Positions 10,919-24,427 of a stretch of DNA of 64,000 nucleotides are shown in pieces. The stretch is from Octopus bimaculoides (Eukaryota), in assembly GCF_001194135.2 (NCBI RefSeq), contig NC_068990.1, forward strand, positions 69,510,488 through 69,574,487. Reading direction: 5' to 3'. The translations under genes and the position numbers were made by a program. The notes beneath the pieces were generated by a model. The model was not told the DNA's origin, searched no databases, and saw only the letters and a list, made by a program, of their open reading frames with translations. Every line of letters begins with the position of its first letter. Within the stretch, counting starts at the first letter, position 1.

Positions 10919-13431
10919 ATGATATATACCTTTAGCAAACTTACAGTTACAAACAAAACTAATCTCACTATATAAGGAGTGTGTTTAAAATTCAGATTGA
11001 AGAAAAACCACAGAAAATCAATCAGCTGTTGGAAACATTGGTTTTGCACTCGAATCAGAACTGGGAATATGTTTAGCAAATAAGTAAATATAATACTAGA
11101 GTGAGGAAAAAGTTTGTGCACCAAGTTAAGCACTATTTTAACATGGCATTATCTTAAAAATAATGCTGTGTTAAAATAATGCTTAACACAGCACACAAAC
11201 ATTTTCCTCAACCTAATAATTTTCTCTTTCTCTCTGGCCAGATATTTCCTCTATAGCAAGACACCTGTCTCCACCTATGTCTCTCTGTCACTAATCTTCA
11301 TCATCTGACATAAGATCACCTCCTCCAATGTCCCCTCCCCTCCCAAAATTCCTTGTCTTGCAAGATACTTGTGGACCCTGTCAGTGCTGGTGCCATGTAA
11401 AAAAGCATCCAGTCCACACTGTGAAGTGGTTGGTATTTGGAAGAGCATCCAGCTGTAAAAACCATGCCAAAACTAACCTTGCCTGTGATGGTGCCATGTA
11501 AAAATCACTGAGTCCACTCTGTGAGGTGGTTGGTGTTAGGAAGGACATCCAGCCATAAAACACATGCCAAAACAGACACAGTAGCCCGGGGTAGTCTTCC
11601 ACCTGGTCAGCTCCTGTCAAATGCCAACATGGATGGAAGACATTAAACAATGATGATGATGATTTCCATTAGTGTGCATATATGTAAGGGAGAGACAGTG
11701 CATGACTTAGTGGTTAGGGTATTCAGCTAACAATTGTGAGATTGTGAGATCAATTGCTGATGAAGCATTGTGTTATTGAGCAAGACACTTTATTTCATGC
11801 TGATCCAGCCCTTTCATCTAGCATAAATGGGTAGCACCTGTATTTCATTCTGTGTCATGCTGATTCTCCCTGAGAACTACGTCTGCAGAGTGCTCAGCCA
11901 CTTGCACATTAATCTCACAAACAGGCTGTTCCATTGATCAGATCAACTGGAACCTTTGTCATCGTAACTGACAAAGGTTCCAGTTAAGGAAGAGTCAGAG
12001 AAAGGCCAAGCCACAAAAGCACAATGAAAATCTCTGACACATCCAGAAGGAAAGAAAAGTGAATGTAATGTATTTTGCAGATCCTTGAATGACTAAAATT
12101 GTTCTTCTGTGAAGTAACTNNNNNNNNNNNNGGGGGGGGGGGGGCAGAAGATAAACCTATATTTCATTTTACTCAATATACCAAATAATATTTATAAAAG
12201 TACTATGCCATTTTAAGGTTACTCAGAGCCTTCTAGTTGTGCAAAAGGCTTTGTCTTTCATAGATGCTATTCTACATGTATACCATATTATATAGAAGCA
12301 AACGAACATTATTTTTCCACATCACAATATCATATCACTGAATTATTAATTAAACACTAACAGGCAAAGTATTATGGCAATCATTATTGCAATATTGATT
12401 AACACTAACTTCTATTATGACTCTTTTCACATCTAGGATGCTTCATAAGGCTATTAAATCGATCCACTACTTGATTGCTACTTTATTTTATCGATCGTGC
12501 AAGGATTAAAAGTAGCATTGATCTCAGTAGGATTTGAACTCAGAACATAAAAGGCAACAACTAAAAGAATACCACAGCCATTTAGTTTGACATTCTAATG
12601 ATTTTGGTAATCAGAAACAAAGTACACCATTTATGTACATTATCATCGTTATTCCATACTGGCATGGGTTGGTTGCTTTGATAGGATGTGCCAGAGGATG
12701 TGTCAAGCTCCACTCTCTACTTTGGCCTGGTTTTTACAGGTGGATGCCCTTCCTAACACCAACCACTTTATAGCATGTACCGGGAACTTTTTCCTTAGCA
12801 GCAGCACTAGTGAGGTTGCCATGCAGATTGTAATACTATCCACTCTGAGGGGCAGCTTTATGCTAGGCAATGAGGAGCAAAAGTATGAGAAAAGGGGCAG
12901 GGCAGAACAAGTTTTTGCCATAGAGATGACATATGACTACACACATTGGAGAAGTGAATGTGGTGGGGGAGAGATTAGGGTAGGGAAAAGATAAAATGGA
13001 GGTAATGTGAGATCTGTGTAGATCCTTAACATACAAAGTGAGTAGAAGAATATGAAAGTAGAGGAATTGAGAGCAAGGTTGGTGAAGTTGCAAGAAGTAT
13101 GGGAGAGTGAGAGATGGGGAATGGGTGAGAATGTGGATATTATGAATGATGTGTTGAGTCGATGTAATGTAGAAGGTAGAGAAGTGTAGGTGACAACTGT
13201 AAAGACTGGGTAAGGGATGGGTGTGACCTATTATGATATGGCCGAAGAGCAGTAGAATAGTAAAGAAGACACGGTAGACAGGTGAGAAAGAAAGAGAATG
13301 AGGTAGAGGAGAGAGCTTAAAGATACTCAAATAAATACTGCAAGGCAATTCGCAACCATTATTGACATACGAGTTACCATGAAACATAAATTGCATTCCA
13401 GAACTTATGGGATGACCTGATATATATACAC

Positions 13432-13464
<33 letters not shown>

Positions 13465-14409
13465 TATATGCATGTATATATATACACATACATATATACA
13501 CACATATATACATATATATATATATATAAATATATATATACGTACATATATATATATATACATATATATACGCACATATATATATATACATATATATACG
13601 CACATATATATATATATACATATATATACGCACATATATATATATACATATATATACGCACATATATATATATATACATATATATACGCATATATATNNN
13701 NNNNNNNNNNNNNNNNNNNNNNNNNNNNNNNNNNNNNNNNNNNNNNNNNNNNNNNNNNNNNNNNNNNNNNNNNNNNNNNNNNNNNNNNNNNNNNNNNNNN
13801 NNNNNNNNNNNNNNNNNNNNNNNNNNNNNNNNNNNNNNNNNNNNNNNNNNNNNNNNNNNNNNNNNNNNNNNNNNNNNNNNNNNNNNNNNNNNNNNNNNNN
13901 NNNNNNNNNNNNNNNNNNNNNNNNNNNNNNNNNNNNNNNNNNNNNNNNNNNNNNNNNNNNNNNNNNNNNNNNNNNNNNNNNNNNNNNNNNNNNNNNNNNN
14001 NNNNNNNNNNNNNNNNNNNNNNNNNNNNNNNNNNNNNNNNNNNNNNNNNNNNNNNNNNNNNNNNNNNNNNNNNNNNNNNNNNNNNNNNNNNNNNNNNNNN
14101 NNNNNNNNNNNNNNNNNNNNNNNNNNNNNNNNNNNNNNNNNNNNNNNNNNNNNNNNNNNNNNNNNNNNNNNNNNNNNNNNNNNNNNNNNCACATACAAGT
14201 ACATATATACACATAAATACATATATAGATATACATACATATATACATAGATATATATACATACATATATACATAGATATATATACATACACACATATAT
14301 ATATACATATAAATATACTTACTGATATTATATATACACACACAAACATGTATATATGCATAAATACACATATGTATGCACATATACATACATATATGAT
14401 TGCTCAATA

Positions 14410-15380
14410 CAAAGCTTGACCATCTCAGTATACATGAGATTCAGTTCTGGCACAAGATCTTAAGTGTTTTTTTTTTAGACCAGACAAACTTTTAAGAACA
14501 CGTCCACATGAATTGCACACTAGTTTTTGTGCAGCTTGAAATGAATGTAGCGTCTGATTTTGATGAATTTTGATATGCTTATTCATATCTCCAGAAGATT
14601 TGCAAATCCTGTGGCATTGATGTAAACTGATAGATATGTTGTATAATCTGTACAAAGTTCTTATGTGAGATTTAAGTCATCTCAGACAGGCAGTCTTTGC
14701 AACAAAATTTACAAGTAGAAAAAATTCCACCAAATTCATATTCCCTTTCTTATTTTCTTCTCAATATTTACTGGTATTAAGATGATGAACCGGTAGAAAT
14801 TGTTAGGATGCCAGGCAAAATGCTTAGTGGTATTTCATCTCTCTTTACATTCTGAGTTCAAATTCCACCAAGTTTGACTTTGCCTTTCATCCTTTTATGG
14901 GTCAATAAAATAATTACTGGTTGAGCACTGGGGTCAATGTAATCAGAGATATGTTTGTCAGCCATGCAGACAATATGTCCAGACCAGTGTAGTTGATTTT
15001 CCAAAATTATTGTCTGGATGGGACAAATACCGGATGCAGCTAGAACATCAGAGTCAAAGGTGAGTGAATTCCATTTAATTTTCAGAATACAGCATACACA
15101 TTTTTAGTGGAATCATTTCAGGAGTCAGAAGCGATGCTTGTAACACATTCAAATTTCAGAGTAGTTATAGTATGGAGAATAACAACAAATTATTTATAAA
15201 CAGATAGTTTTGTTTCATTGTTGATATTTTTTTGTGACCAAACCCAAATCTCTAAACTACCAAAAGACTTTGCTGTCTTTTGAACCTTTAGAGGAATTTC
15301 TGAATCAAATGTTCTATCTTCATTTACTGCACTCCCGAAGTATGCGAAAGATTCAACAATTTTAAGATTACCTTTCACAT
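14410..15380 (-). mobile_element. Decayed RTE-clade LINE interrupted by a SINE
   Basis: LKIVESFAYFGS…DSEI…VWSQKNINNETKLSVYK (post-RT region) at 15190-15378; terminal C2H2 VCNSCGRVLKSLSGLKKKH at 14425-14655. Confidence 0.75.
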
Positions 15381-15919
15381 ATATTTTGGGTTGCTACACA
15401 ACTCAACTAGGTGGAGATTGATGGAAAACTACCATTTTCTTTAAATTTCTAGTCAAATCAAAAATATTACATGCCAAGTTAAATGCAGAAATCAATGATT
15501 ACAATCCGTGCTTCATACAACTAAAAAGGTCACAGTCATCAGAATATAATAATTCTTTATTAAAAAAATGGATACATTGCCCATAAATTTCATCCCTGCT
15601 AAATTAAAGACACTTCCTCATTCTTGTCTTGGAGAGCATGGCAGCAAAACATACTGCAAAGAGAGTAGGTGCATCAAGGTCTCCCTGTTTTACACCACTC
15701 TACACTGCAAATGGCAAAGACAGCATGCCCCCAAAATTTACTTTGGCTTTCATGCCTTTACAAAGAGCTTTCACAATATTTACAAACTTTTAAGGGAATC
15801 CTAATTTAGACAAACCCAACTACAAGGCATTCCTATTAATAGTACTGAGATCACCAAAACAATATATATATATATATATATATACATATATATATACACA
15901 CACATATATATATGCATAC

Positions 15920-16240
15920 ATACACCAATAGATAGAAGATCCCCTTCAGTCTCAAATGATCTAGAAAGTTCCCCTCTGAGGTACATGTCCAGATAAGACT
16001 TTTTGTGAAAGACCATCAGTCACCCATGCATTCCAGCCTCCCCTCTCCACACCACCAATGTTGTCCAAGCGAAAGACAAATGCCAATAGAGCTGGCACCA
16101 GTGACATTGCAACTCATTTCTACAACAGAGTGAACTGGAGCAATATGACCTTAAGTGTCTTGCTCAAGAACATAGCACACAACCCAGTCTGGGAATCAAA
16201 CTCATAGCCTCACTTTTACCACTGAGCTATGTGCATTCAC
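15920..16240 (-). mobile_element. SINE with aagtgtcttgctcaagaaca core
   Basis: Core motif shared with the family D copy at ~11770; tRNA-like head near 16190-16240 on the minus strand. Confidence 0.6.
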
Positions 16241-16270
16241 TCATGAATACATATGTATATATACATACAC

Positions 16271-16889
16271 ACTGCTACTTTGGCATTTGATCTACAACAA
16301 AGTGCAATTACTTTAGGTTACTTTTCAGTTTACTTCCCAATTTCTAAAACCCCTTAAGATGTTGGTTAAAGATTTTTACAATGTGATCAGTAATGAGACG
16401 AAGGTAGTTGCATTTTTACGAAGAAATGGCCTTTTAGATGATGAAGAAAATGTTGCACTATGCCATCGAGGTGCTGGAGAAATGAAGGACGCTCAAAGAA
16501 AAGGGAAAAATGGTAAAATTTTGGCAACTTTATGTTGCAAAACTCACAGCTGCCAAACTTGTGTTACCTATGCACTTATTTTAATCATTATATTGTTTAT
16601 TATTGGTTTCATATTATCATTTACTAAAACATAAATGAAACATGGTTTCATTATTTTTTAAATAATAAGTTTGAAAAAATACATTTACAATGCTAAGTAT
16701 GTGCAAAAGGGTTTATAAAAATTTTGAATGGCAATTTGATAATAAAAATGAAATACAAATTTGAATAATTTCAAAGATGAATTAAGCAAATATCTGCTAG
16801 AAACGCATGAACATCTTAAAGGTTTTTAGAAATTGAAAATCTGAACAGTAACCTAAACTAATCGCCCTTTCACGGGCCAAAGTAGCACC
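16271..16889 (+). mobile_element. Merlin/IS1595 (ISXO2)-like non-autonomous DNA transposon
   Basis: TIRs tgctactttggc…ttaggttact(t)ttcag vs ctgaacagtaacctaa…gccaaagtagcacc; candidate 8-bp TSD acatacac/acatatac; internal ORF VVAFLRRNGLL…LCHRGAGEMK resembles ISXO2-transposase N-termini. Confidence 0.6.
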
Positions 16890-19800
16890 ACATATACACG
16901 AGTTGTACATACATACATACATACATACATACATACATACAAACATACATACATACATACATACAAACATACATACATACATACACATGTAATATATGCA
17001 TTAAATCAAACGCATTGCTGATTGGTACCGATTATTATTTGCTTACCTTTCACTATTTTAGAACATTAAAGTTTGTCTCATTCTGTTAGCCATCTTTTAT
17101 GTATAAAGTTCGAAAAATTGCTGAAACGATCTTTGCAGACAAGAAATTTGTTACAGTTAAGTAGATCACTAAGTCAGAAATTAAATGAAAATATATTTTA
17201 GCATTTTAAATTTCTACCCTGTCACCTTTCAAATGTTTGTTTATTTTGTGTGCCGGCCACAACCCTTAGCAAAAATACTTCCCATTCTTGATACAATCCC
17301 TTTTTTCGTAAATGAAAGAGAAATAAAAATACCATATCGAAATTAGTACCTTACATTCCTTTAGTCAAATGCTGTCGAAATTGACTTTCCCCTTCATCTG
17401 GTTGAGATTGATAAAGATTTAAACAGCCAGTAGCGTGGTCGATTGATTTTCGTCTTGCGAAAAAGTGGATTTAATTTTGTCAAGTCAACAAAAGTTTTAA
17501 ACTGTATCAAATATCTAAGAAGAGTAAAGTTCTGGCCAAATGGTAACCATGACATGGTATTCAGTTCTGTTATTCTATTATCGGTGTCAGCTAGATGCTG
17601 TGGTCATGCTGGGGCACTGCCATTTGCTCTAATGCTTGTTTTTAGACTTGCAACTAGGTCCTCCCGGCAGAGAAGCGAGTTGAATAGAGCTGTCCTTCTT
17701 TGCGTTTCTTACCATGAACATGTAAATAACATTTACTGTATAAATATACTTCATGAAAAGGTATGAATGTCTCAACATCTCATTACCGATCTCTGATAAA
17801 CATCTGTCAGTAATATATTACTTATTCCTAATCTAACAAGGCTAACGTGGGTTCCCTTAGCTACAATGTTGTAGGAAAATAAAAAAATAAAACGCGGTTT
17901 TATTAAAGTACGAAGCTAAAGAAGTAGTTTACTGGGGTCCTTAAGAGCACTAGTAATGTAATCAGGAACAGAGGATATTAACAATCAAACAACAACAGCA
18001 ATAGGAGAGAAAATACAAATTATGAAGATTTACCTAACATCAACAATAGAGCAGAATGATAAAATATATAATACGTTATTCAACGATAATCGCATAGACA
18101 CACACACATACTAAATGTTCATGATTTAATATTTTACCTGTAATATACACAAATAAGTTTTTTCTGTGGCGTTTCTCCCGCTATTTCTCTTCCTCTTCCT
18201 TTCTTCTTTCCAACATTAAAAAGAAGCACACCATATGTGCATAAAAATGCAACAAATATGCACACTTAAACACGTGATAGGTTTGAGACTACAAAACATT
18301 AAATACACACACACATATATATATATATATACGTTGGAGTGAGTGTGCATAATATTGTGTTCTTGTCGCTATGTGAGCAAGAAAGAAGGAAAGTAAACCA
18401 TTGAACTACCCAATAGTGAGAATTACAGTCAGAAAAGTTAGGGTTTGTTTTATGCTGTGTCAGTTTTGGTCTTAGATAATAGACGATAACAATAAACTAT
18501 TTTAATGTATAAAAGTATGTGTAGATAGGTTAATGAGGTGTGGTGAGCTAATATATATATATACCTTATATACCCATACATACAGAAGTGTGCTACCCGG
18601 CCTTTGTTTCCTCATAACTTTCTACAAATATATATCTTTTGGATGACATTTTTGCAGAGAATTATATTTTAAAATATCTATTTTTCAGAAAGTTATGAAG
18701 AAACTAAACCAGGAAAGCCTACTTGGTCGGAATAGCTGTCCCTCGAAGTCCAACATCCTCACAGGAAAGGCAAAGGATATGCAACTAAGGGCCAGATTTG
18801 TAATATATTTTGAAAGAAAAAAAATCAGAATCGCATTAAACAAAAAACAAAGGAAAATATTCCATGAGGTACAGGACTTCGAGGGTCAGCTTTTCTCAAA
18901 CTCATAAATATCGGCTACTTATCTACCTGTATATATATATATATATNNNNNNNNNNNNNNNNNNNNNNNNNNNNNNNNNNNNNNNNNNNNNNNNNNNNNN
19001 NNNNNNNNNNNNNNNNNNNNNNNNNNNNNNNNNNNNNNNNNNNNNNNNNNNNNNNNNNNNNNNNNNNNNNNNNNNNNNNNNNNNNNNNNNNNNNNNNNNN
19101 NNNNNNNNNNNNNNNNNNNNNNNNNNNNNNNNNNNNNNNNNNNNNNNNNNNNNNNNNNNNNNNNNNNNNNNNNNNNNNTGAGAAAAGGTGAATGGAAAAT
19201 ATTATCAACTTACCTGGCGGTGTGTAGTACCTGCAGTGCGTTACACAGTGTTGCACTTTGAGGCAAAATGTGTTTCTTCCTAGGTTTATTATTATTATTA
19301 TTATTATTATTACACATTCTAAACAATAGGCGCTGAAAAGCTCAAGTCTTTAGTTAAAATCATTCTACCTGTTCCCCTCCCGTCTCTCTGTCCCGGGATA
19401 TTATTTTGTATTATTACTTCTTCCACCCACCCCGCTTGTCTGCATGACTAATGTAGGTCAACTTAAGATTTGATATTTGCTTGTTTTTTGGTTTGTTTGT
19501 TTGTTGGTTTGCAACAAGTTGAGGTAGAGCTCGCAATGACTGTGATGATGGCGATAGTGGTGGTATAGGTGATAAGGTGGTGGTAACAGTAGTGATAGTG
19601 ATGGCGATGATGGTGTTGCTGATGGTAGTGGTGGTCGTGGTGGTGGTAGAGGTGATGATGGTGTTGGAGGGATTTGCAGTAGTGATAGAGTTGGTGGTGG
19701 TGGTTTTGGAGTGAGCGTTGTGTACTTAACCTCTCTAACTATAGTTTCTGCTCACACCACAACCCAAAACTCAACAATACCTAGACGTCTTGGAGGGGGA

Positions 19801-20182
19801 GGAGGGAAAGGAGCAGGCGGTGAATTACGGGTTTTATTTATATGTTTATTTATTGACAAAGACGATGATAAGAGTTAATCCGGAGTTTTCAGATTAACTT
19901 CAGTATTTTTTATGATTTAACTTCAACACAACCCTGATTTGCAGTATTCCATTTGTGACCATCCTCTTTATCTTGCACTAACTTATCTTCTGATAGCTTT
20001 GGGTGTGGATTTAGTAGACAGAAACTGATAGAAGCCCACCGTATATATATATATATATATATATGCATATACATACATTCTTTCATTGTTTTTTACGTTT
20101 CAGCCCTAAGGCAGTGGCTATACTGGAGCACCTCCAGTGTAATAACCTTTTCAATGGTCAATCTTATGGGATTGGTTATATA

Positions 20183-20450
20183 TAATGGAACCTCGGTCTA
20201 CGAATTTAATTCGTTCATGAAGGCTGTTCGTTATCGGAAATGTTCGTAAACCGAAACTATTTTCCCAATAGAAAATTCAAAAGAAGGCACGGTAAATTTG
20301 AGCTAGGATGTGCACTGAGCGAAAGCTAGCAAGTGATACTCTCCTACTGATGCTCCCAGCTTCTGACAAACTATTGTTTGTCGACTTTCCTGATCGTTAC
20401 TCGAGACACCCGAGGCGTCTTAGTTCGAAAAATTGCTCCTAAACCAAGGT
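20183..20450 (+). mobile_element. Tigger/pogo-like MITE, right end interrupted by the fold-back element
   Basis: Left TIR-like taatggaacctcggtctacgaa; right remnant ctcctaaaccaaggt abuts the palindrome. Confidence 0.5.
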
Positions 20451-21301
20451 GGATCTTTCTGATTTGGCGGGAACAAATTTTTATCTGTTTTATTTAGTGT
20501 GTTTTCTACCGAAACACTTCAAAACTTCGTATACTTGTATATTTTGTCTTATAGAACAGAGAAAAAATTTTATATTCGAAGTTATTTCATGTTAAAAGTT
20601 GTCGGATTTCGGTAATTTCAACCAATCACTGACGTCTATTGAGGCGAAAACAATTACTGCTATGGATTGTCAACAAAACGTTGTGCGGTGTAATGGGATC
20701 TTTTCCCTTGAATAAAATTAGTGCCGTTGTTTGTCAACAACTATCGGTGGTACTGTTATTTATGACATCGTTCGTGCGTTTGTACTGGTTTAGCTTTAGG
20801 GTTTTAGAGTTAGGGATTTAGGGTTATGAGTATTTTTGCCAAATTTGGTGAAAAATTTGTTGCGGTGTATTGAACAGATTTTCACCAAATTTGGCAAAAG
20901 TACTCATAACCCTAATCCTAACCCTAAAACCCGAACCCTAACCCTAAAACCCTAAAGCTAAAGCCAGTACAAACGCACGAACGATGTCATAAATAACAGT
21001 ACCGCCGATAGTTGTTGACAAACAACGGCACTAATTTTATTCAAGGGAAAAGATCCCATTACACCGCACAACGTTTTGTTGACAATTCACAGAAGGAATT
21101 TTTTCACCTCAACAGACGTCAGTGATTGGTTGAAATTACCGAAACACGACAATTTTAACACGAAATAACTTTAAAAAGATAACATTTTCTCAATAACACT
21201 AACAGTAAAAGATGTCTTATATGACATATTCTACCAGTGTCCCAAGTTTGAAAGTGTTTCGTTAAGAAAACAAGTGGCGGCCGCCAAATCAGAAAGATTC
21301 C
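20451..21301. mobile_element. ~850-bp fold-back (palindromic) element with internal telomere-like repeats
   Basis: Outer arms ggatctttctgatttggcgg / ccgccaaatcagaaagattcc; inner ~270 bp near-perfect inverted; degenerate TTAGGG at 20790-20826 and CCCTAA at 20907-20955; central loop under ~25 nt. Confidence 0.9.
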
Positions 21302-21326
21302 TATATCTAGTACATATAACATAATA

Positions 21327-21368
<42 letters not shown>

Positions 21369-21639
21369 CATTATCATTAGCGGTAAATGCATAAATCATT
21401 AATAATAATAACAACAATAATATTAATGGGCGCAAGCAATAATGCTGTTAATTGGCTAGTCAATAAAGTTCTACGATTAATACATAATTATTTTTCAGTG
21501 AATCTGGTGGCTTATTTCAGTGTTTTAGCTCTTATTTCTAGCAAGCTGGCATTTCGTGTGTCCTATATTGTAATTATTTAGTAATTATAAAACTTTATAT
21601 ATATATATAATTTGAAATGTATAGTATTAAATATCCAGC

Positions 21640-23010
21640 ACGGCTGATCTTGCCAATCGGTTTCGTGTAAAGAATACAATGGAGTGTTTGGTAACAAACC
21701 GAGTATATAACTTTTCGTTCATCAGAGTTAGCTGATATGGAAAGGCATATTGCGACTGCTCTCTATTGTTGGAGATGGATTAGCACAACCAGTCAGTGGC
21801 TGCTGTGAAAAAGGTGGTGGAATGAAAAGGGGCCAGGTAATTAGTTTAGGAGTTATGTCCCTTGGTTGGGTACGCTGTGAAGCCGGCAAGAGTTATCTTG
21901 AACTGGGAAAAGTGTGTAGTATTAATGTGGTGCTCCTGTGCGGATGGGGTGTGTAGTATGCGTAGCGGTGTCATATGTATAATTTTTTCTGTGTGTGTAG
22001 GTATATATAACTGTATTCGTTGGTCTGTTTTCTTTCCTTAAATGATAAAGTCGTGGGCGGGGTTATGTTAGTGTGCGTGTAATGTGTATGTGTGGGGGGG
22101 GGAGGGTCTGTGTATACCTGTGGGTACAATTTATGTGAAGGGATATATGTTGGGAGTGGGGGAGACAGNNNNNNNNNNTTTTTACCCAGCTCAAGGGCAT
22201 TAGTGGAAGGTCGAAGCAGGAGACATGTGGTTGCAGTCATGGTAGGGCGCGCAGATACAATAGAATGTATTTCCTTTCCTGCTATTCAGGTAGACATCCG
22301 GGTGTTGGGTATCTTTTAAAATTGCTCTCTTCTCAGCCAGGCATAACCTGCACTTCTTGCTGCTATTGAAGTACGGTTTACATCTTTCTAGGATCTTCCA
22401 CTTTATGCCGTACTCCGTGGCGCTTCTTTTCAAAGTCCAGACGTGCCTGGCTATAGTTGTGGCGTTACATCTCTCTGGGATGTTGAATGAAGACTTGTGG
22501 TTATTAAAGCAAATTCTGAAGTGGCCTTCCATTGCCCCCACATACTTCCGTACACTCGGTTGTCCACTGGGTCCTGTTGCTGTTACTTCTGCCTCGTAAA
22601 CAATTGTTCGCGAATTGCAGTTACCGTTTAGTAGATAAGTTGTGTTAACCCTGCATGAGCATCCTGCCTCAGCCTCGGGTCTGAGCCTACCTACTAAAAT
22701 GTTTTTCCCACTAGGTGCACAGATAAAGGATAATATCAGGGTATGTCTATTAAATGTTTTGTTGAATCTATTGGTACGGGGGAAGTGTCTATCAACTAAA
22801 CTAAGAAAGGTCTTACTTGCTCTGGTCTTAACATTTAAAGAGAATGACGGTGTGAACCACAGTACTTTCCGGTGGCGCTTTCTCTTGGATGGGGGCTAAG
22901 GTCTGGCATATAACTAATATTATCCTTGAAACCTTTGGCAGCCAGAGCCCGGTTGAAGTATGTGGCGGCAGCACCAAAGATCTCTTTGCTTGAAGACAAG
23001 CTGGAAATTC
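21640..23010 (-). mobile_element. Penelope-like element 3' part (RT thumb + GIY-YIG endonuclease, frameshifted)
   Basis: RISSLSSSKEIFGAAATYFNRALAAKGF (22835-23059) and FNNHKSSF…HVWTLK…YGIKWKILERCKPY…KCRLCLAEK…LNSR (22200-22541) match PLE thumb and GIY-YIG motifs. Confidence 0.85.
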
Positions 23011-23281
23011 TGGTAACGCCCTTAATATATATATATATTTCAAAATTTAACAGAATCACAACAAACGGGAAATTTTACAAAAACATAACAAAAAATTCGT
23101 ACCTAAATCCTCATCAGTCAACGTTCCAAAGATCATTACAATTTCGCGCCTTTTATATATATATATATATAAAGGTTACGCTCATTCGCAAAATATTTAC
23201 ATACGAACAATGGACGCTCGGAATTTAAAATGACGTTGTCGGAACGAGCTAGATATTGTGAGAGAAGGAAATGAAGTATTA

Positions 23282-23376
23282 TAATTGTTCCGTTGGATTT
23301 CTCCTATTAATTGTAATTGTTTCCCTGGATTTCTCCTATTAATTGTAATTGTTTCCCTGGATTTCTCCTATTAATT
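23282..23376. repeat. 32-bp tandem repeat, about 3 copies
   Basis: ggatttctcctattaattgtaattgtttccct starts at 23295, 23327 and 23359. Confidence 0.95.
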
Positions 23377-24316
23377 TTAAACAAGTGTGTGTGTGTGTGT
23401 GCGTGCGTGCACACATACATACAATGTTTGTATGTGTGTGCGCGCGCATACACGTACATACAATGTTTGTATTTGTTTGTGTGTATGCCATCGTATTTGT
23501 TGTTTGTTTCTCACCATCGCTTGACAACTGGTATTGGTTTGTTTACGTCCTCGTAACGTAACGGTTCAGCAAAAAGAAACCGCAAGAGTAAGTGCCAAGC
23601 TTAACAAAATTACATAAGTACTGAGGGCTATTTGTTTGACTAAATTGCTTAAAGGTGGTTTCATAGCATGGCCGCAATTCAGTGACTGAAACAATTGAAT
23701 GATAAAGGATAGCAACAGAAGGAGTTTTGACTGTTATTTCTAGTAAGATCTCGTGATTGCACAGAGACTCTCCTCGTCGACTCATGTTGAGGTAGTTTCT
23801 TTCAGAGGGTCACGTTGTTCCTCTTCATTATTATTGTGATCTCAGAGTAGCTTTAAATAAATTGGACAGTTAAGGAGGCACAGTTTAAAATTATACTTTA
23901 GAGGAGTAGTGGTCATGGTGCGGCTACGGAAGGTGTATGTGAAGCTTAATGAATAATACTTTGGTAACACGTTCTTAACCTGAGCGCCCGATGCAGATTG
24001 TTGTAGCTTAACAAATCTCTTACAGGTGTGATGTGGTGGTGGTAGCGGTAGTAGGGGGAGACGCGAATATGCGTGTGTGTGTATTTAAGTACAGGAATAG
24101 ATAAGCGTATATGTTTTATCTTTTACTTGTTTCAGTCATTAGACCGCGGCCATATTTAGGCACCGCCTTGGAGAATAATTTTAGCCGAACAATGGACCCC
24201 AGGACTATCTTTTTTCTTAAGCCTGACACTTACTCTTAGTTGCGGAGCCGTAAACACACCAACATCGGTTGTCAAGCGATAGAAGGGGCACTAACACAAG
24301 CACAAACGCACGCGTG

Positions 24317-24348
<32 letters not shown>

Positions 24349-24427
24349 CACATATGCTTTCGGTGCGAATTCTTTTTCTTTTTTTTATTACAGCGCCGTG
24401 ATTTACAATCCTGTAAATAATAATAAA

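Noticed and set aside
14425-14655. C2H2 zinc-finger ORF as a host ZNF gene
   Set aside because: It lies at the 3' end of colinear RTE fragments, where such a knuckle is expected.
19208-19250. U1 snRNA-like start ACTTACCTGGCG
   Set aside because: No U1 stem-loop or Sm site follows; better read as the reverse complement of a splice donor.
20790-20960. Telomere-fusion scar (TTAGGG…CCCTAA)
   Set aside because: The repeats are short, degenerate and internal to 400-bp inverted arms, which fits a fold-back transposon.
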